Origin: Candidatus Undinarchaeota archaeon
Lineage (GTDB): Archaea; SpSt-1190; JASMDC01
Direction of reading: 5' to 3'
Length of the DNA: 64,000 nucleotides
Assembly (NCBI GenBank): GCA_964519305.1
Contig: CAZFHY010000009.1
Location: 75,130 to 139,129, forward strand
Below, in pieces: positions 34,078 to 44,453 of the stretch. Within the stretch, counting starts at the first letter, position 1; the number at the start of each line of letters is the position of its first letter. Below the pieces are notes generated by a model. It had not been told where the DNA came from and ran no database searches. It saw only the letters and a program-made list of their open reading frames with translations. The translations under genes were made by a program, and so were the position numbers.

Positions 34078-37020
34078 TCAGAGGTTCCCGCCACAGTGGG
34101 GGCACTGTGCCATCCTGGTGATGAACGTAGCCCCGCAGTACGGGCACGCGCTCCCGCCCTGAGGTGCTGCGACCTGCGGTTCCGCTGGTTGAGGGGCGTA
34201 ATAGGCCGATGAGCTGTTGTAGCTCTGGTCCCAGTAGCCACCGTAATCCGCCCCCGGGTAAGCCTGCTGCTGTGCTGCGTTCCAGGCGGCAGGTGCGGCT
34301 GGAGACTGCTGCTGGGTGGCGTCCCAACCCTCCGCGGCCACCGGGGCCTGCTGTTGGACGAGCTCCGGTTGGTTTCCGCGTCGCCTGCGGAAGAACGCTG
34401 CCAGCGCGCCTATCCCCGCCATAACGAGGATCCCTACCTCGATTATCTCTTTGTAGCGGATGATCGTGTCAATGAAACCACGAGGCTCGGCGGTCACGGG
34501 CTCGCCCTCGGGGCCTACGCAGTAGAAGCGCTCGGTGTCGCAGCTGTCCTCTTCCGTGCAGTGGGCGTCGGACGTGCAGCAGACATGGCCCCCCAGACAA
34601 CACACCGTATTGCAGTTGCCCGTGGCGCACTCTGCGTGAGAGCCGCAGGACTTACCCACAACCTTCTTGACCGAGCTCAGCGCCCTCTCTACCCGTATCC
34701 GCGCGTCGAATGCGAGTCGGTAGGCCTGCACCACGTTCTCTGACACGAGCTCCCCTTCGGCTTCGGCTATGACGAGCTCGATATCAGCTGTGTCCAATCC
34801 CTTCTCCTCGGCAGTGACCAGGAGCGAGTTGGTGGTCGATATCTCGCTGGCCACGTCCTCCGGGGTCACCTGGCCCATGGGCTTCTCGGTGGGCAGGGGC
34901 GTCGCCTCGCTGTGCATACAGTACGACCGGCCAATGTCACACCTCTCCCCCTCACTACAGTGCTCGTCGCCCGAGCAGCACGTCTCACCCTCATTGCAGC
35001 AGACGTACCTGCAGTTGCCGGACATGCATTCCCCGCCCGAGCTGCACAGCTCGCCGGCATCGAGGAGCGTGTCGTCCGGAGCAGGGCCCCCACCGGTCGT
35101 TGGCGAGGCGATAGGACCGCTGGTGGGCATACCGGGAACGGCGGAAGGAGTGCTACCGGTACCCGCACCCGTCGATGCCTCGACCGCCACGTTGAAGACG
35201 TACTCACCCACGCCGTACAACTCGACCTCGATGTACCAGGTACCGGAGCCGGTCCCATCGGCAAGCGTGAGCGTGTCGCTCCCGATGGTACCCTGACTGG
35301 ATGAGATCTCGAGCTGTTGCTCTCTTTGGGGGTTGAACAGCCTCAGGTATAGGGCATATTCGGCTTGGGACGTGAAGCTGATCTCGACGACAGTGTTCGT
35401 GTCCAGGAAGAAGCTGTACATGTCCTTCTTATCAAGGTCCTCCAGATGTCCAGCAATCTCTTTCCCCGTCACGATCCCGAACGCATGATCATAGTCCGCG
35501 GCGACGTCAATGCCGCTCCCCCCATCGTTCTGTTCGTCCAGGGACACATTGAACCGGTAATCACCGGCTTCCGAGGACCCTATCTCGACATACCAGTAAT
35601 CCGACGCAGTCTCATTGGCAAGATAGAAGGTATCGCTCCCAATGGCACCGTTCTTCGAGTCGATACTGAAAGCCTTCTCCCTCCCGGGATCATAGAGAAC
35701 CAGTCTCTGATTGTATTTCGCCTCTGATGTGAACGTCACAGTCATAATGGAACCGCTTTCCACATAGACCTTGTACACGTCCATCTTGTCTAGGTCCTCC
35801 AGATGTCCGGCGATCTCTATTCCCGTCCCGATCTCAAGGGCACTAGCATAGTCCTCCGCAACATCTATGTCGCTCCCACCATCGTCCTGTTCCTCCACGG
35901 ACACGGTGAATCGGTAGTCGCCAGCGTTCGAGGATCCGATCTGGACGTACCAATAACCTGACGCGGTCTCATTGGCAAGATAGATCGTATCGGTCCCGAT
36001 GGCACCGTTCTTCGAGTCGATAGCAAGTGCCTTCTCCCTCCCGGTGTCATCGAGGATCAGGTTCTGGGTGTATACCGCTTCTGATGTGAATGATACGGTC
36101 ACTATGGAACCGCTTTCCACGTAGACCTTGTACATGTCCTTCTTATCGAGGCCTTCCAGATGTCCCGCGGTCTCTATTCCAGCCTCGACCTCGAGGGCAC
36201 TCGCATAGTCCTCGGCAAGATCCATTCCGCTCCCGCCATCGTCCTGGCTCCGGGTGGAGACGGTGAAGCTGTAGTCCCCGGCGTTGGTGGACTCCACCTC
36301 CACGTACCAGTAACCGGACGCGGTCTCGTTTGCCAGATAGGTGGTCTCGGTCCCGAGAGCTCCGGTATTCTTGTAGATGCTGAGGGCCTTCTCCCTCTTG
36401 GGATTGTAGAGGTAGATGTTCTGGTTGTAGTCCGCTTCCGAAGTGAACTCCAGCGTGACGATGGAACCGCTCTCGATATGCACCTTGTACATATCGCTCT
36501 TGTCGGCGTCATGCAGATGCCCCGCGACCTCCTTCCCAATCCCAAACTCCAGTGCAGTGGCATAGTCGGATGCAATATCGATGTCTGTCCCGCCATCGTC
36601 CTGATACTCCACAGTGACGGTGAAGCTATAGTCCCCGGCATTAGATGACGCGATCCCGACGTACCAATCGTCCGGTTCCGTCTCGTTCGCCAGATAGAAA
36701 GTGTCGCTCCCGATGGCACCGTTCTTCGAGGTTATGTAGAAGCTCTTCTCCCTAGACGGATCGTACAGGACCAGCTCCTGGTTGTATTCGGCCTCGGAGG
36801 CGAACTCCACCGTGATGATCGCGCCGCTCTCAAAGCGGATCTTGTACATGTCCTGCTCGTTGGCATCATCAAGGGTGCCTGTGTGTGTTCCGGTAGCTAT
36901 CTGAGCTGCGTTGTCGAAGTCCTCGGATGTGGCAGAGAGGGCCGTACACGAGAGGGTGAACAGGACGAGTCCAAGGAATACGAACGCATAACCGTTGGTC
37001 CTCGCCTTGTTAATGTCCAT
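34078..37020 (-). CDS. Large single-pass surface protein: 5 PPC-like beta repeats, 2 Cys-rich modules, TM helix, cytoplasmic double zinc ribbon
   Basis: Signal peptide after MDINKART; repeated D..DMYK.../WYV...S..AGDY.F.V; GNC...CC..G..CC; CPYCG...CPHCG. Confidence 0.85.
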   Translation of the reverse strand: MDINKARTNGYAFVFLGLVLFTLSCTALSATSEDFDNAAQIATGTHTGTLDDANEQDMYKIRFESGAIITVEFASEAEYNQELVLYDPSREKSFYITSKNGAIGSDTFYLANETEPDDWYVGIASSNAGDYSFTVTVEYQDDGGTDIDIASDYATALEFGIGKEVAGHLHDADKSDMYKVHIESGSIVTLEFTSEADYNQNIYLYNPKREKALSIYKNTGALGTETTYLANETASGYWYVEVESTNAGDYSFTVSTRSQDDGGSGMDLAEDYASALEVEAGIETAGHLEGLDKKDMYKVYVESGSIVTVSFTSEAVYTQNLILDDTGREKALAIDSKNGAIGTDTIYLANETASGYWYVQIGSSNAGDYRFTVSVEEQDDGGSDIDVAEDYASALEIGTGIEIAGHLEDLDKMDVYKVYVESGSIMTVTFTSEAKYNQRLVLYDPGREKAFSIDSKNGAIGSDTFYLANETASDYWYVEIGSSEAGDYRFNVSLDEQNDGGSGIDVAADYDHAFGIVTGKEIAGHLEDLDKKDMYSFFLDTNTVVEISFTSQAEYALYLRLFNPQREQQLEISSSQGTIGSDTLTLADGTGSGTWYIEVELYGVGEYVFNVAVEASTGAGTGSTPSAVPGMPTSGPIASPTTGGGPAPDDTLLDAGELCSSGGECMSGNCRYVCCNEGETCCSGDEHCSEGERCDIGRSYCMHSEATPLPTEKPMGQVTPEDVASEISTTNSLLVTAEEKGLDTADIELVIAEAEGELVSENVVQAYRLAFDARIRVERALSSVKKVVGKSCGSHAECATGNCNTVCCLGGHVCCTSDAHCTEEDSCDTERFYCVGPEGEPVTAEPRGFIDTIIRYKEIIEVGILVMAGIGALAAFFRRRRGNQPELVQQQAPVAAEGWDATQQQSPAAPAAWNAAQQQAYPGADYGGYWDQSYNSSSAYYAPQPAEPQVAAPQGGSACPYCGATFITRMAQCPHCGGNL
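35190..36930 (-). repeat. Intragenic tandem repeat, 5 x 357 nt (119 aa)
   Basis: Q(D/N)DGG linker codons at about 35522, 35879, 36236 and 36593 (period 357 nt); boundaries approximate. Confidence 0.85.
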
Positions 37021-37081
37021 CTCCCCCGGTATTGAAGGTCGCTGATACATAATAAAAAGACTTCCGATTCCGGTGCCCGCT

Positions 37082-38281
37082 TCACTGCGTAGCGAGCTGA
37101 TTGCCGCAGGAGGGGCAAACCGCCGCTCCCTGCTCGACAGCCCCACCGCAGTAGGGGCAGGCCAGGGCTGCAACGGGTGCAGCGGGAGCGGCAGCTTCGG
37201 CCGGTGCTACTGCTGCGGGCGGTGCTGCTGCGTACGGTGACGGTTGGGCAGCTTCCGTCGGGGCGGCTGCCGTCTCGGGGTAAGCCTGGGGGTAAGGTGA
37301 GGCTTCCTGAGCGTAACCGTAGTTGTAGCTGGCGGCGTAGTAGCCACCGTAGTCGGACACGGTGGATGGATGGGCCGCGCCCTCCTGCTCCTTGACGACA
37401 CCGCTCCGGCGAGCGAGGAAGAGGAGGATAGCACCGATACCGGCGGCGATGTACACAAGCGTCTCGATGATCTCGCGATAGTAGATCAGCGTGTTCATGA
37501 ATCCCTTTGGCCTTTCACCGCTCTCCTCGGGTCCCACGCAGAAGAAACGCTCAGTGTCGCAGGTCTCGCCCTGCTTGCACATCGCGGTCGTGGTGCAGCA
37601 GACGTTGCCCGCCATGCAGCACACGTCGTTGCAGTTGTTGGTATCACACTCTGCGTCGGCAGCGCAGGCCTCGCCCACCTCCTTCTTGATCGAGGCGACC
37701 ACTTTCTCCGCTTCGGTCTTTGCCTCCATGGCCAGCTTGAAGGCGTTGGCGGTGTTCCCGGCGGACAGTTCGGTCCGGGCCGTCTCGAGCTTGGTCTTGG
37801 CCGCGGATGCGTCCGCCTCCTTCCCCTCTGCCGTGGTTATGAGCCCGGCCGCCGCGTCTATCTCCTTCTGGACATCCTCGCTGGTCACCTGATCCTCGGC
37901 CGCGTCCGCCACGCAGTAGAACCGCTCAGTATCGCACCTCTGGCCCTCATCGCACTCGGCGTTCGACTTGCAGCATGCTTTCCCCTTGATGCAGCAGACG
38001 CCGTTCCGGCAGTTGCCGGTGGTGCAGTCATCGGCGTCATCGCAGCTCCCGCCCGCACTGGCATCCTCCCCGCCCAGTCCGCTGAGGTCGCCGATGTCTC
38101 CCAGGCCCCCTAGGTCGCCCACGTCACCGGCATCACCGGGAACGCCCGCGGGAGCGCCACCCGGGATCTTGAACGCTCCAGCTAGCACAGGTCCTGCAAA
38201 GGCGAGGCATATGAGGGCTACTGCGAGCAGGCGGGTCCGGGGGACAGCGGGCACCATTGGTAGGTGTGTGACCGTGTTCAT
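37082..38281 (-). CDS. Single-pass Cys-rich surface protein with C-terminal double zinc ribbon (short paralog of 34078-37020)
   Basis: Signal peptide, G/D-rich linker, two (G/N)NC...CC..G..CC...CDTERF(Y/F)C modules, TM, DYGGY, CPYCG...CPSCG. Confidence 0.85.
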   Translation of the reverse strand: MNTVTHLPMVPAVPRTRLLAVALICLAFAGPVLAGAFKIPGGAPAGVPGDAGDVGDLGGLGDIGDLSGLGGEDASAGGSCDDADDCTTGNCRNGVCCIKGKACCKSNAECDEGQRCDTERFYCVADAAEDQVTSEDVQKEIDAAAGLITTAEGKEADASAAKTKLETARTELSAGNTANAFKLAMEAKTEAEKVVASIKKEVGEACAADAECDTNNCNDVCCMAGNVCCTTTAMCKQGETCDTERFFCVGPEESGERPKGFMNTLIYYREIIETLVYIAAGIGAILLFLARRSGVVKEQEGAAHPSTVSDYGGYYAASYNYGYAQEASPYPQAYPETAAAPTEAAQPSPYAAAPPAAVAPAEAAAPAAPVAALACPYCGGAVEQGAAVCPSCGNQLATQ

Positions 38282-38385
38282 TTTTCAAGCTAACCCACCC
38301 CCCGCCGCCCGGCTTCCCAGGTAACTTTAAAAGAGATAAAATCCCCGCCTCGACAAATCGAGTGGTAGAGAAAGGGATGATACAC

Positions 38386-41088
38386 ATGGATCCACTAACT
38401 ATCTTCTGGTTCGCACCCGCGTGCGCCATCATCTCCCTCTTGTTCGCCTACCTATTCTACAGGGAGGTCATGAGCTATGACGAGGGGAACGAGACCATGC
38501 GCGAGATCGCCGATCACGTGCGGGAGGGCGCGTATGCCTACCTCAACCAGCAGTACCGGGTGGTGGCGTACTTCTTCGCCGCAGCGTTCGTGTTCCTGCT
38601 ATACCTGGCCTTCGTGCTCCAAGTGCAGTCCAAGTGGGTACCGTTCGCCTTCCTGACGGGAGGCTTCTTCTCGGCGCTGGCCGGCTTCATCGGTATGAAG
38701 ACTGCCACCAACGCCTCGGCCAGGACCACCGAGGGAACGCGCCACTCGCTCAACCGCGGCCTCACCGTGGCCTTCCGTGCGGGCTCTGTCATGGGTCTCT
38801 GCGTGGTCGGGCTAGCCCTCCTTTACATCGCCACCTGGTTCTACATCCTCTATCTCACCGACATCCCAGTGATGGTGTTCGGTGAGAAGCTCGACCTCTT
38901 CGAGGTCACCACCACCCTGCTCGCCACCGGTATGGGGGCGTCTGCCTACGCCCTCTTCGCGCGCGTGGGCGGGGGGATCTACACGAAAGCGGCAGACGTC
39001 GGCGCCGATCTCGTAGGCAAGGTGGAGGTGGGCATCCCCGAGGATGATCCGCGAAATCCCGCCACCATCGCCGACAACGTGGGCGACAACGTCGGCGACG
39101 TCGCTGGCATGGGCGCCGATCTCTACGAGTCCTACGCCGCGAGCATCCTCGCCACCGCTACCCTGGGCGTGGCCGCGGGGCTGGGCATCCATGGCGTCAT
39201 CCTCCCTATGGCGATCGCCGCCGTGGGCATCCTGTTCTCCATCATCGGGATCTACTTGGTCAGCACCAAGGAGGACGCCACCCAGGAGGAGCTCCTCCAC
39301 TCGCTTGCCAGGGGCATCAACAGCAGCTCAGTACTCATCATCATCGGCGCCACGGTCCTGGTCAAGCTGATCCTTGTGGATGCGACCGTACCTGGCGGTG
39401 CGCTTGCCGATGTGAAGTTCGGCGATATCGGCGCATGGGGCATATTGGGCTCGATTATTTCCGGATTGCTGACAGGCATCCTCATAGGTAAGTCAAGCGA
39501 GTACTTCACCTACTCGGCCTATCCGCCCACCCAGCGTATCGCAGAGCAAGCTGAGACCGGTCCCGCGACCGTGATCATAACGGGCATATCCGTCGGTATG
39601 GAGTCTACCACCATCCCTGTCCTGGCCGTGGGGCTCGGCACATTGCTCGCCTTCGGGCTTCCCGGAGGCTTCGGTAATCCTGCCCTGGGGCTCTATGGTG
39701 TGAGCATCGCCGCCGTGGGTATGCTCTCCACCCTGGGCATCACTCTTGCCACCGACGCCTACGGCCCTATTGCTGACAACGCTGGCGGCAACGCTGAGAT
39801 GAGCGGGCTGGGGAAGGAGATCAGGGACCGCACCGATGCTCTGGACTCCCTGGGGAACACCACCGCCGCCACGGGCAAGGGCTTCGCCATCGGGTCCGCC
39901 GCGCTGACGGGGCTGGCGCTCCTGGCCGCGTACATCGAGGCGGTGCGCGCCGGGCTCTTACAGAACGGCCTAGTGACCTTCCCAGGCACCGCTATTGCCA
40001 TAAAGACCGCAACGCTTGCCGACTTCATGACCGCGTACGACGTAACCCTCATGAATCCCGCGGTGCTCATCGGGCTGGTCTCGGGTGCCATGGTCTCCCT
40101 TTTGTTCTGTGCAATGACTATCCGGGCCGTGGGGCGGGCTGCTGGCCAAATGGTGGAAGAGGTCCGCCGCCAGTTCCACGAGATCGAGGGTATAATGGAG
40201 GGCGAGACCACGCCCGACTACGCCGCCTGCGTGCGCATCTCCACCGAGGCCGCCCAGCAGGAGGTATTAGAGCCTTCTCTCCTGGCCCTCATAACCCCAA
40301 TCGTCATCGGATACGTGCTTGGGGTGCCCGGAGTGATGGGTCTCCTCACCGGCACCCTGACCACGGGATTCGCATTTGCCGTCTTCATGGCGAACGCGGG
40401 AGGCGCCTGGGACAATGCCAAGAAATACATCGAGTCCCATGAAAACAGTTACATTGCCCTCTTCAACTGGGACCTGGTACCAGGGAAGGACGAGGACAAG
40501 CTTCGCGACTATCTTGTGGGGACCTTGAAGCTCGATTGGGCGGACGATGCGACTATTGAAAAGAAGGATGACAATCTGATTGCGATCACCTCAGGGGAAG
40601 AATCCCTCGAAATATCGATAGGTACTGTCTCCAGTATTGAAGGCATCGAATTGGGCGAGGGGGGTCAACTAGAGTTCGTACCGAGACACGAAAAGAAAGG
40701 CCTCATGATATACGTTCTTGATCCGGAAGGAGAGCCCCTTTTCGATGAGAATGGAAACCCGATCAGAGGGAAGCATTCCGACCTGCACAAGGCCGCGGTC
40801 GTGGGCGATACCGTGGGTGATCCCCTCAAGGACACCTCTGGCCCTTCGCTCAACATCCTCATCAAGCTCATGAGCATGGTGAGTGTGGTCGTTGCTGGTT
40901 TCATCGTGAAGAACAATATCTATCAGGATCTGTCAACGACAGGGATCGACCTGGGATTCCTTATCCTCTCGTTCGTAGTAGCCTTCGTGCTGATAATCTG
41001 GGATATGCCTCGATATTTCTTTGGTTTCAGAGGGATGCTAGGTACCTTCTGGACTGTCGAGAAGAGAATAACGATCAAGAAGTGTTGA
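38386..41088 (+). CDS. hppA: Membrane ion-translocating pyrophosphatase (K+-dependent signature), with insertion and extra C-terminal TM
   Basis: GGGIYTKAADVGADLVGKVE, EDDPRNPA.IADNVGDNVGD, GNTTAATGKG, GGAWDNAKK, DTVGDP.KDTSGP. Confidence 0.95.
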   Translation: MDPLTIFWFAPACAIISLLFAYLFYREVMSYDEGNETMREIADHVREGAYAYLNQQYRVVAYFFAAAFVFLLYLAFVLQVQSKWVPFAFLTGGFFSALAGFIGMKTATNASARTTEGTRHSLNRGLTVAFRAGSVMGLCVVGLALLYIATWFYILYLTDIPVMVFGEKLDLFEVTTTLLATGMGASAYALFARVGGGIYTKAADVGADLVGKVEVGIPEDDPRNPATIADNVGDNVGDVAGMGADLYESYAASILATATLGVAAGLGIHGVILPMAIAAVGILFSIIGIYLVSTKEDATQEELLHSLARGINSSSVLIIIGATVLVKLILVDATVPGGALADVKFGDIGAWGILGSIISGLLTGILIGKSSEYFTYSAYPPTQRIAEQAETGPATVIITGISVGMESTTIPVLAVGLGTLLAFGLPGGFGNPALGLYGVSIAAVGMLSTLGITLATDAYGPIADNAGGNAEMSGLGKEIRDRTDALDSLGNTTAATGKGFAIGSAALTGLALLAAYIEAVRAGLLQNGLVTFPGTAIAIKTATLADFMTAYDVTLMNPAVLIGLVSGAMVSLLFCAMTIRAVGRAAGQMVEEVRRQFHEIEGIMEGETTPDYAACVRISTEAAQQEVLEPSLLALITPIVIGYVLGVPGVMGLLTGTLTTGFAFAVFMANAGGAWDNAKKYIESHENSYIALFNWDLVPGKDEDKLRDYLVGTLKLDWADDATIEKKDDNLIAITSGEESLEISIGTVSSIEGIELGEGGQLEFVPRHEKKGLMIYVLDPEGEPLFDENGNPIRGKHSDLHKAAVVGDTVGDPLKDTSGPSLNILIKLMSMVSVVVAGFIVKNNIYQDLSTTGIDLGFLILSFVVAFVLIIWDMPRYFFGFRGMLGTFWTVEKRITIKKC

Positions 41089-41243
41089 ACCGGGCCGACT
41101 TCACTAGTGTCAGACCGGGCGTAGCACGGGACCGCAGATGCCAGTGGAAGCCATCCCGCGGATGCAATCCAACCCCACAGTAGATATAAAAGAGAGGGTT
41201 CTCTCGCAGAGACACATAGAAGGAAAGCTCAGAGCTGATATCC

Positions 41244-43541
41244 ATGGACCCGCTAACGATGTACTGGTTCGCGCCCGCGGGCGCCATCATCGCCCTCGTG
41301 TTCGCCTATATCTTCTACAAGGAGGTCATGGACTACGACGAGGGGAACGAGAAAATGCGCGAGATCGCCACCCACGTGCGCGAGGGAGCGTACGCCTACC
41401 TGCACCAGCAGTACCGTGTAGTGGCGTACTTCTTCGCAGGCGCGTTCGTGTTCCTGCTGTTCCTGGCCTTCGGGCTCCACGTCCAGTCCAAGTGGGTGCC
41501 CTTCGCCTTCCTCACGGGAGGGTTCTTCTCTGCGCTGGCCGGCTTCATCGGCATGAAGACCGCCACCGACGCCTCGGCACGCACCACCGAGGGTGCCCGA
41601 CACTCGCTCAACCGGGGGCTCACCGTGGCCTTCCGTGCAGGTTCCGTCATGGGGCTCACCGTGGTGGGGCTGGCCCTCATGGACATCGCCATCTGGTTCT
41701 ACGTCCTCTACCTTACCGACATCCCCATGATGTTGTTCGGAGAGAAGCTCGACCTCTTCGAGGTCACCACGACCATGCTCGCCTTCGGGATGGGGGCGTC
41801 GTCCTATGCGCTCTTCGCCCGCGTGGGCGGCGGTATCTACACCAAGGCGGCAGACGTTGGCGCCGACCTGGTGGGCAAGGTCGAGGCGGGGATACCCGAG
41901 GACGACCCGAGAAACCCGGCGACCATCGCCGACAACGTCGGCGACAACGTGGGGGACGTGGCTGGGATGGGGGCCGACCTCTACGAGTCCTACTGCGGGA
42001 GCATCCTGGCCACCGCCACCCTGGGGGTAGCCGCGGGGCTGGGCCTCCACGGCGTTATCCTCCCCATGGCCATCGCGTCGGCAGGGGTCATCTTCTCCAT
42101 CATCGGTATCTACTTAGTATCAACGAAGGAGGACGCGACACAGAAGGAGCTCCTCAGTGCCCTGGCCAAGGGCATCAACGGCTCTTCAGTGCTCATCGTC
42201 ATCGGCGCCGCCATCCTCGTGAAGCTGATCCTGGTGGACCCTGTGGCCGCCGGTGAGCTTGTCGGCGTCACATTCGGTCCCCTGGGGGCCTGGGGCATCC
42301 TTGGCTCCATCCTCGCCGGTCTCTTCGCTGGCATCATCATCGGCTGGTCCACCGAGCACTACACGAATCCGGCGTACCAGCCCACCCAGGACATCGCCGA
42401 GCAGGCCGAGACCGGCCCTGCCACGGTGCTCATAGCGGGGATTGCCACCGGCATGATGTCCACCGCGATCCCTGTACTGACCGTGTGTGCGGGGACGCTC
42501 GTGGCCTACGGGTGCGCCGGCGGGTTCACCGACCCCTCCCTTGGGCTCTATGGCGTGGGCATCGCCGCCGTGGGGATGCTCTCCACCCTGGGGATCACAC
42601 TCGCCACCGACGCCTATGGCCCCATCGCCGACAATGCCGGGGGCAACGCCGAGATGAGCGGACTCGGGGAGAAGGTCAGGGAACGAACCGACGCCCTCGA
42701 CTCGCTTGGCAACACAACCGCCGCCACGGGCAAGGGCTTTGCCATCGGATCGGCGGCGCTCACGGCGCTGGCGCTCCTGGCAGCGTACATCGAGGAAGTG
42801 CGCGCAGGGCTCCTGCGCATCGCGCTGGCCTCGGGTGCCACCGCTGAGACGGCCATCCTCCCCGGCAGCACCGACGTGCTCCTCATGAAGGCCACACTGG
42901 CCGACTTCATGGCCGTGTACAACGTCACCCTCATGAATCCCGCCGTGCTCATCGGCCTGTTCTTGGGTGCCATGCTCGCCTTCGTGTTCTGCGCCATGAC
43001 CATGATGGCCGTGGGCCGGGCCGCCTCGCTCATGGTGGACGAGGTGCGCCGCCAGTTCAAGGAGATTCCGGGCATCATGGAGGGCGAGGCCACGCCCGAC
43101 TACGCCGCGTGCGTGCGCATCTCAACGGAAGCCGCCCAGCAAGAGATGATCATGCCCTCGCTCATGGCCCTCATCGCCCCCATCGCCGTGGGGCTCGTCC
43201 TGGGCATCCCCGGGGTCATGGGCCTGCTCGCAGGCGGCCTGGCGTGCGGCTTCACCCTGGCGGTGTTCATGGCCAACGCCGGCGGTGCATGGGACAACGC
43301 CAAGAAGCACATCGAGGCCGAGGAGAATACCTACCACCCCGATGACGAGCACAAGAAGCGGCCGCTCACGGGCAAGGGTTCGGACCCGCACATGGCCGCG
43401 GTCGTTGCCGACACCGTGGGCGATCCCTTCAAAGACACCTCCGGCCCCTCGCTCAACATCCTCATCAAGCTGATGTCGATGGTGAGCGTCGTGGTCGCTG
43501 GCCTCGTGGTGAAGTACAACCTGATCAGCTACCTGCAGTAG
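41244..43541 (+). CDS. hppA: Membrane ion-translocating pyrophosphatase (K+-dependent signature, probably Na+-pumping)
   Basis: Same motifs; near-duplicate of the upstream gene without the insertion. Confidence 0.96.
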   Translation: MDPLTMYWFAPAGAIIALVFAYIFYKEVMDYDEGNEKMREIATHVREGAYAYLHQQYRVVAYFFAGAFVFLLFLAFGLHVQSKWVPFAFLTGGFFSALAGFIGMKTATDASARTTEGARHSLNRGLTVAFRAGSVMGLTVVGLALMDIAIWFYVLYLTDIPMMLFGEKLDLFEVTTTMLAFGMGASSYALFARVGGGIYTKAADVGADLVGKVEAGIPEDDPRNPATIADNVGDNVGDVAGMGADLYESYCGSILATATLGVAAGLGLHGVILPMAIASAGVIFSIIGIYLVSTKEDATQKELLSALAKGINGSSVLIVIGAAILVKLILVDPVAAGELVGVTFGPLGAWGILGSILAGLFAGIIIGWSTEHYTNPAYQPTQDIAEQAETGPATVLIAGIATGMMSTAIPVLTVCAGTLVAYGCAGGFTDPSLGLYGVGIAAVGMLSTLGITLATDAYGPIADNAGGNAEMSGLGEKVRERTDALDSLGNTTAATGKGFAIGSAALTALALLAAYIEEVRAGLLRIALASGATAETAILPGSTDVLLMKATLADFMAVYNVTLMNPAVLIGLFLGAMLAFVFCAMTMMAVGRAASLMVDEVRRQFKEIPGIMEGEATPDYAACVRISTEAAQQEMIMPSLMALIAPIAVGLVLGIPGVMGLLAGGLACGFTLAVFMANAGGAWDNAKKHIEAEENTYHPDDEHKKRPLTGKGSDPHMAAVVADTVGDPFKDTSGPSLNILIKLMSMVSVVVAGLVVKYNLISYLQ

Positions 43542-43621
43542 CTGTGTGGGAACCTGCCCGGTCCTCCGGGGCCGGGCGGGACCACTATCTTTTTCAGTCT
43601 TTCGACGCCCCGTATGTCCTC

Positions 43622-44371
43622 ATGGACGAGATGGAGATGCTCTTCGAGGCGTTCACCGGGCTCCCCCGTGCGGGCCCCGGCGACGACGCGTCCACCCGTC
43701 GCGCCTTCAACATGATTAAGGGGCTGCCCGAGGAACCGGCGGTCCTGGACGTCGGCTGCGGTCCGGGTATGCAGACCATCGAGCTCGCCCGCATCTCTAA
43801 TGGGACCATCACGGCCCTCGACATCCATCAACCCTTCCTTGACCAGCTCATTGCCAAGGCAAAGGACCTCGATATGGCCGGCCGGGTGCGAACGATTAAC
43901 CGCTCCATGACCGACATGGACTTCGCCCCAGGGACCTTCGACGTGGTTTGGTCGGAGGGTGCTTTGTACCTCATGGGCTTCATCAACGGCCTGAAGAGCT
44001 GTCGAACTCTCCTCAGACCGAAGGGCCACATAGCTGCCACCGAGATCGTGTGGCTGCGCAACGATCCTCCCGAGAAGCTCCAAGCGTTCTGGGACGCCGA
44101 GTACCCCGACATCAAGACTATCGAGGCGAACCTCGAGCGGATCGCAGGCCTTGGGTTCGACGTCGTGGGACACTTCGTCCTCCCGCAGTCGGCCTGGACC
44201 GAGAACCTCTACCCCCCGCTGATGGAGCGGGTGGCCATGCTCGAGAAGAAGTACGAGGGGAACACCGAGGCCCTGGAGCTGCTCGGGACACTGCGTGACG
44301 AGGTCGACATGTACGACCGTTACAAGGATTACTACGGGTACTGCTTCTTCGTGCTGCGCAGGATGGATTGA
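43622..44371 (+). CDS. Class I SAM-dependent methyltransferase
   Basis: LPR.GPG, VLDVGCGPG.QT, FDVVWSEGA, YYGY.FF. Confidence 0.9.
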   Translation: MDEMEMLFEAFTGLPRAGPGDDASTRRAFNMIKGLPEEPAVLDVGCGPGMQTIELARISNGTITALDIHQPFLDQLIAKAKDLDMAGRVRTINRSMTDMDFAPGTFDVVWSEGALYLMGFINGLKSCRTLLRPKGHIAATEIVWLRNDPPEKLQAFWDAEYPDIKTIEANLERIAGLGFDVVGHFVLPQSAWTENLYPPLMERVAMLEKKYEGNTEALELLGTLRDEVDMYDRYKDYYGYCFFVLRRMD

Positions 44372-44453
44372 GACCAGTTCCTCCATCCACCGTAGAGCTG
44401 AAGTATAAAACCAGCGATATGCTAGTATGCGCTGTATCAGGAGCACGATCATC

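Noticed and set aside
35190-36930. CRISPR array or DGR-like repeats
   Set aside because: The repeats are in-frame 357-nt protein domains with ordinary divergence; no spacers, cas genes or reverse transcriptase
40441-40767. Intein in hppA copy 1
   Set aside because: No Cys-initiated splicing block, no His-Asn C-terminus, no LAGLIDADG motif
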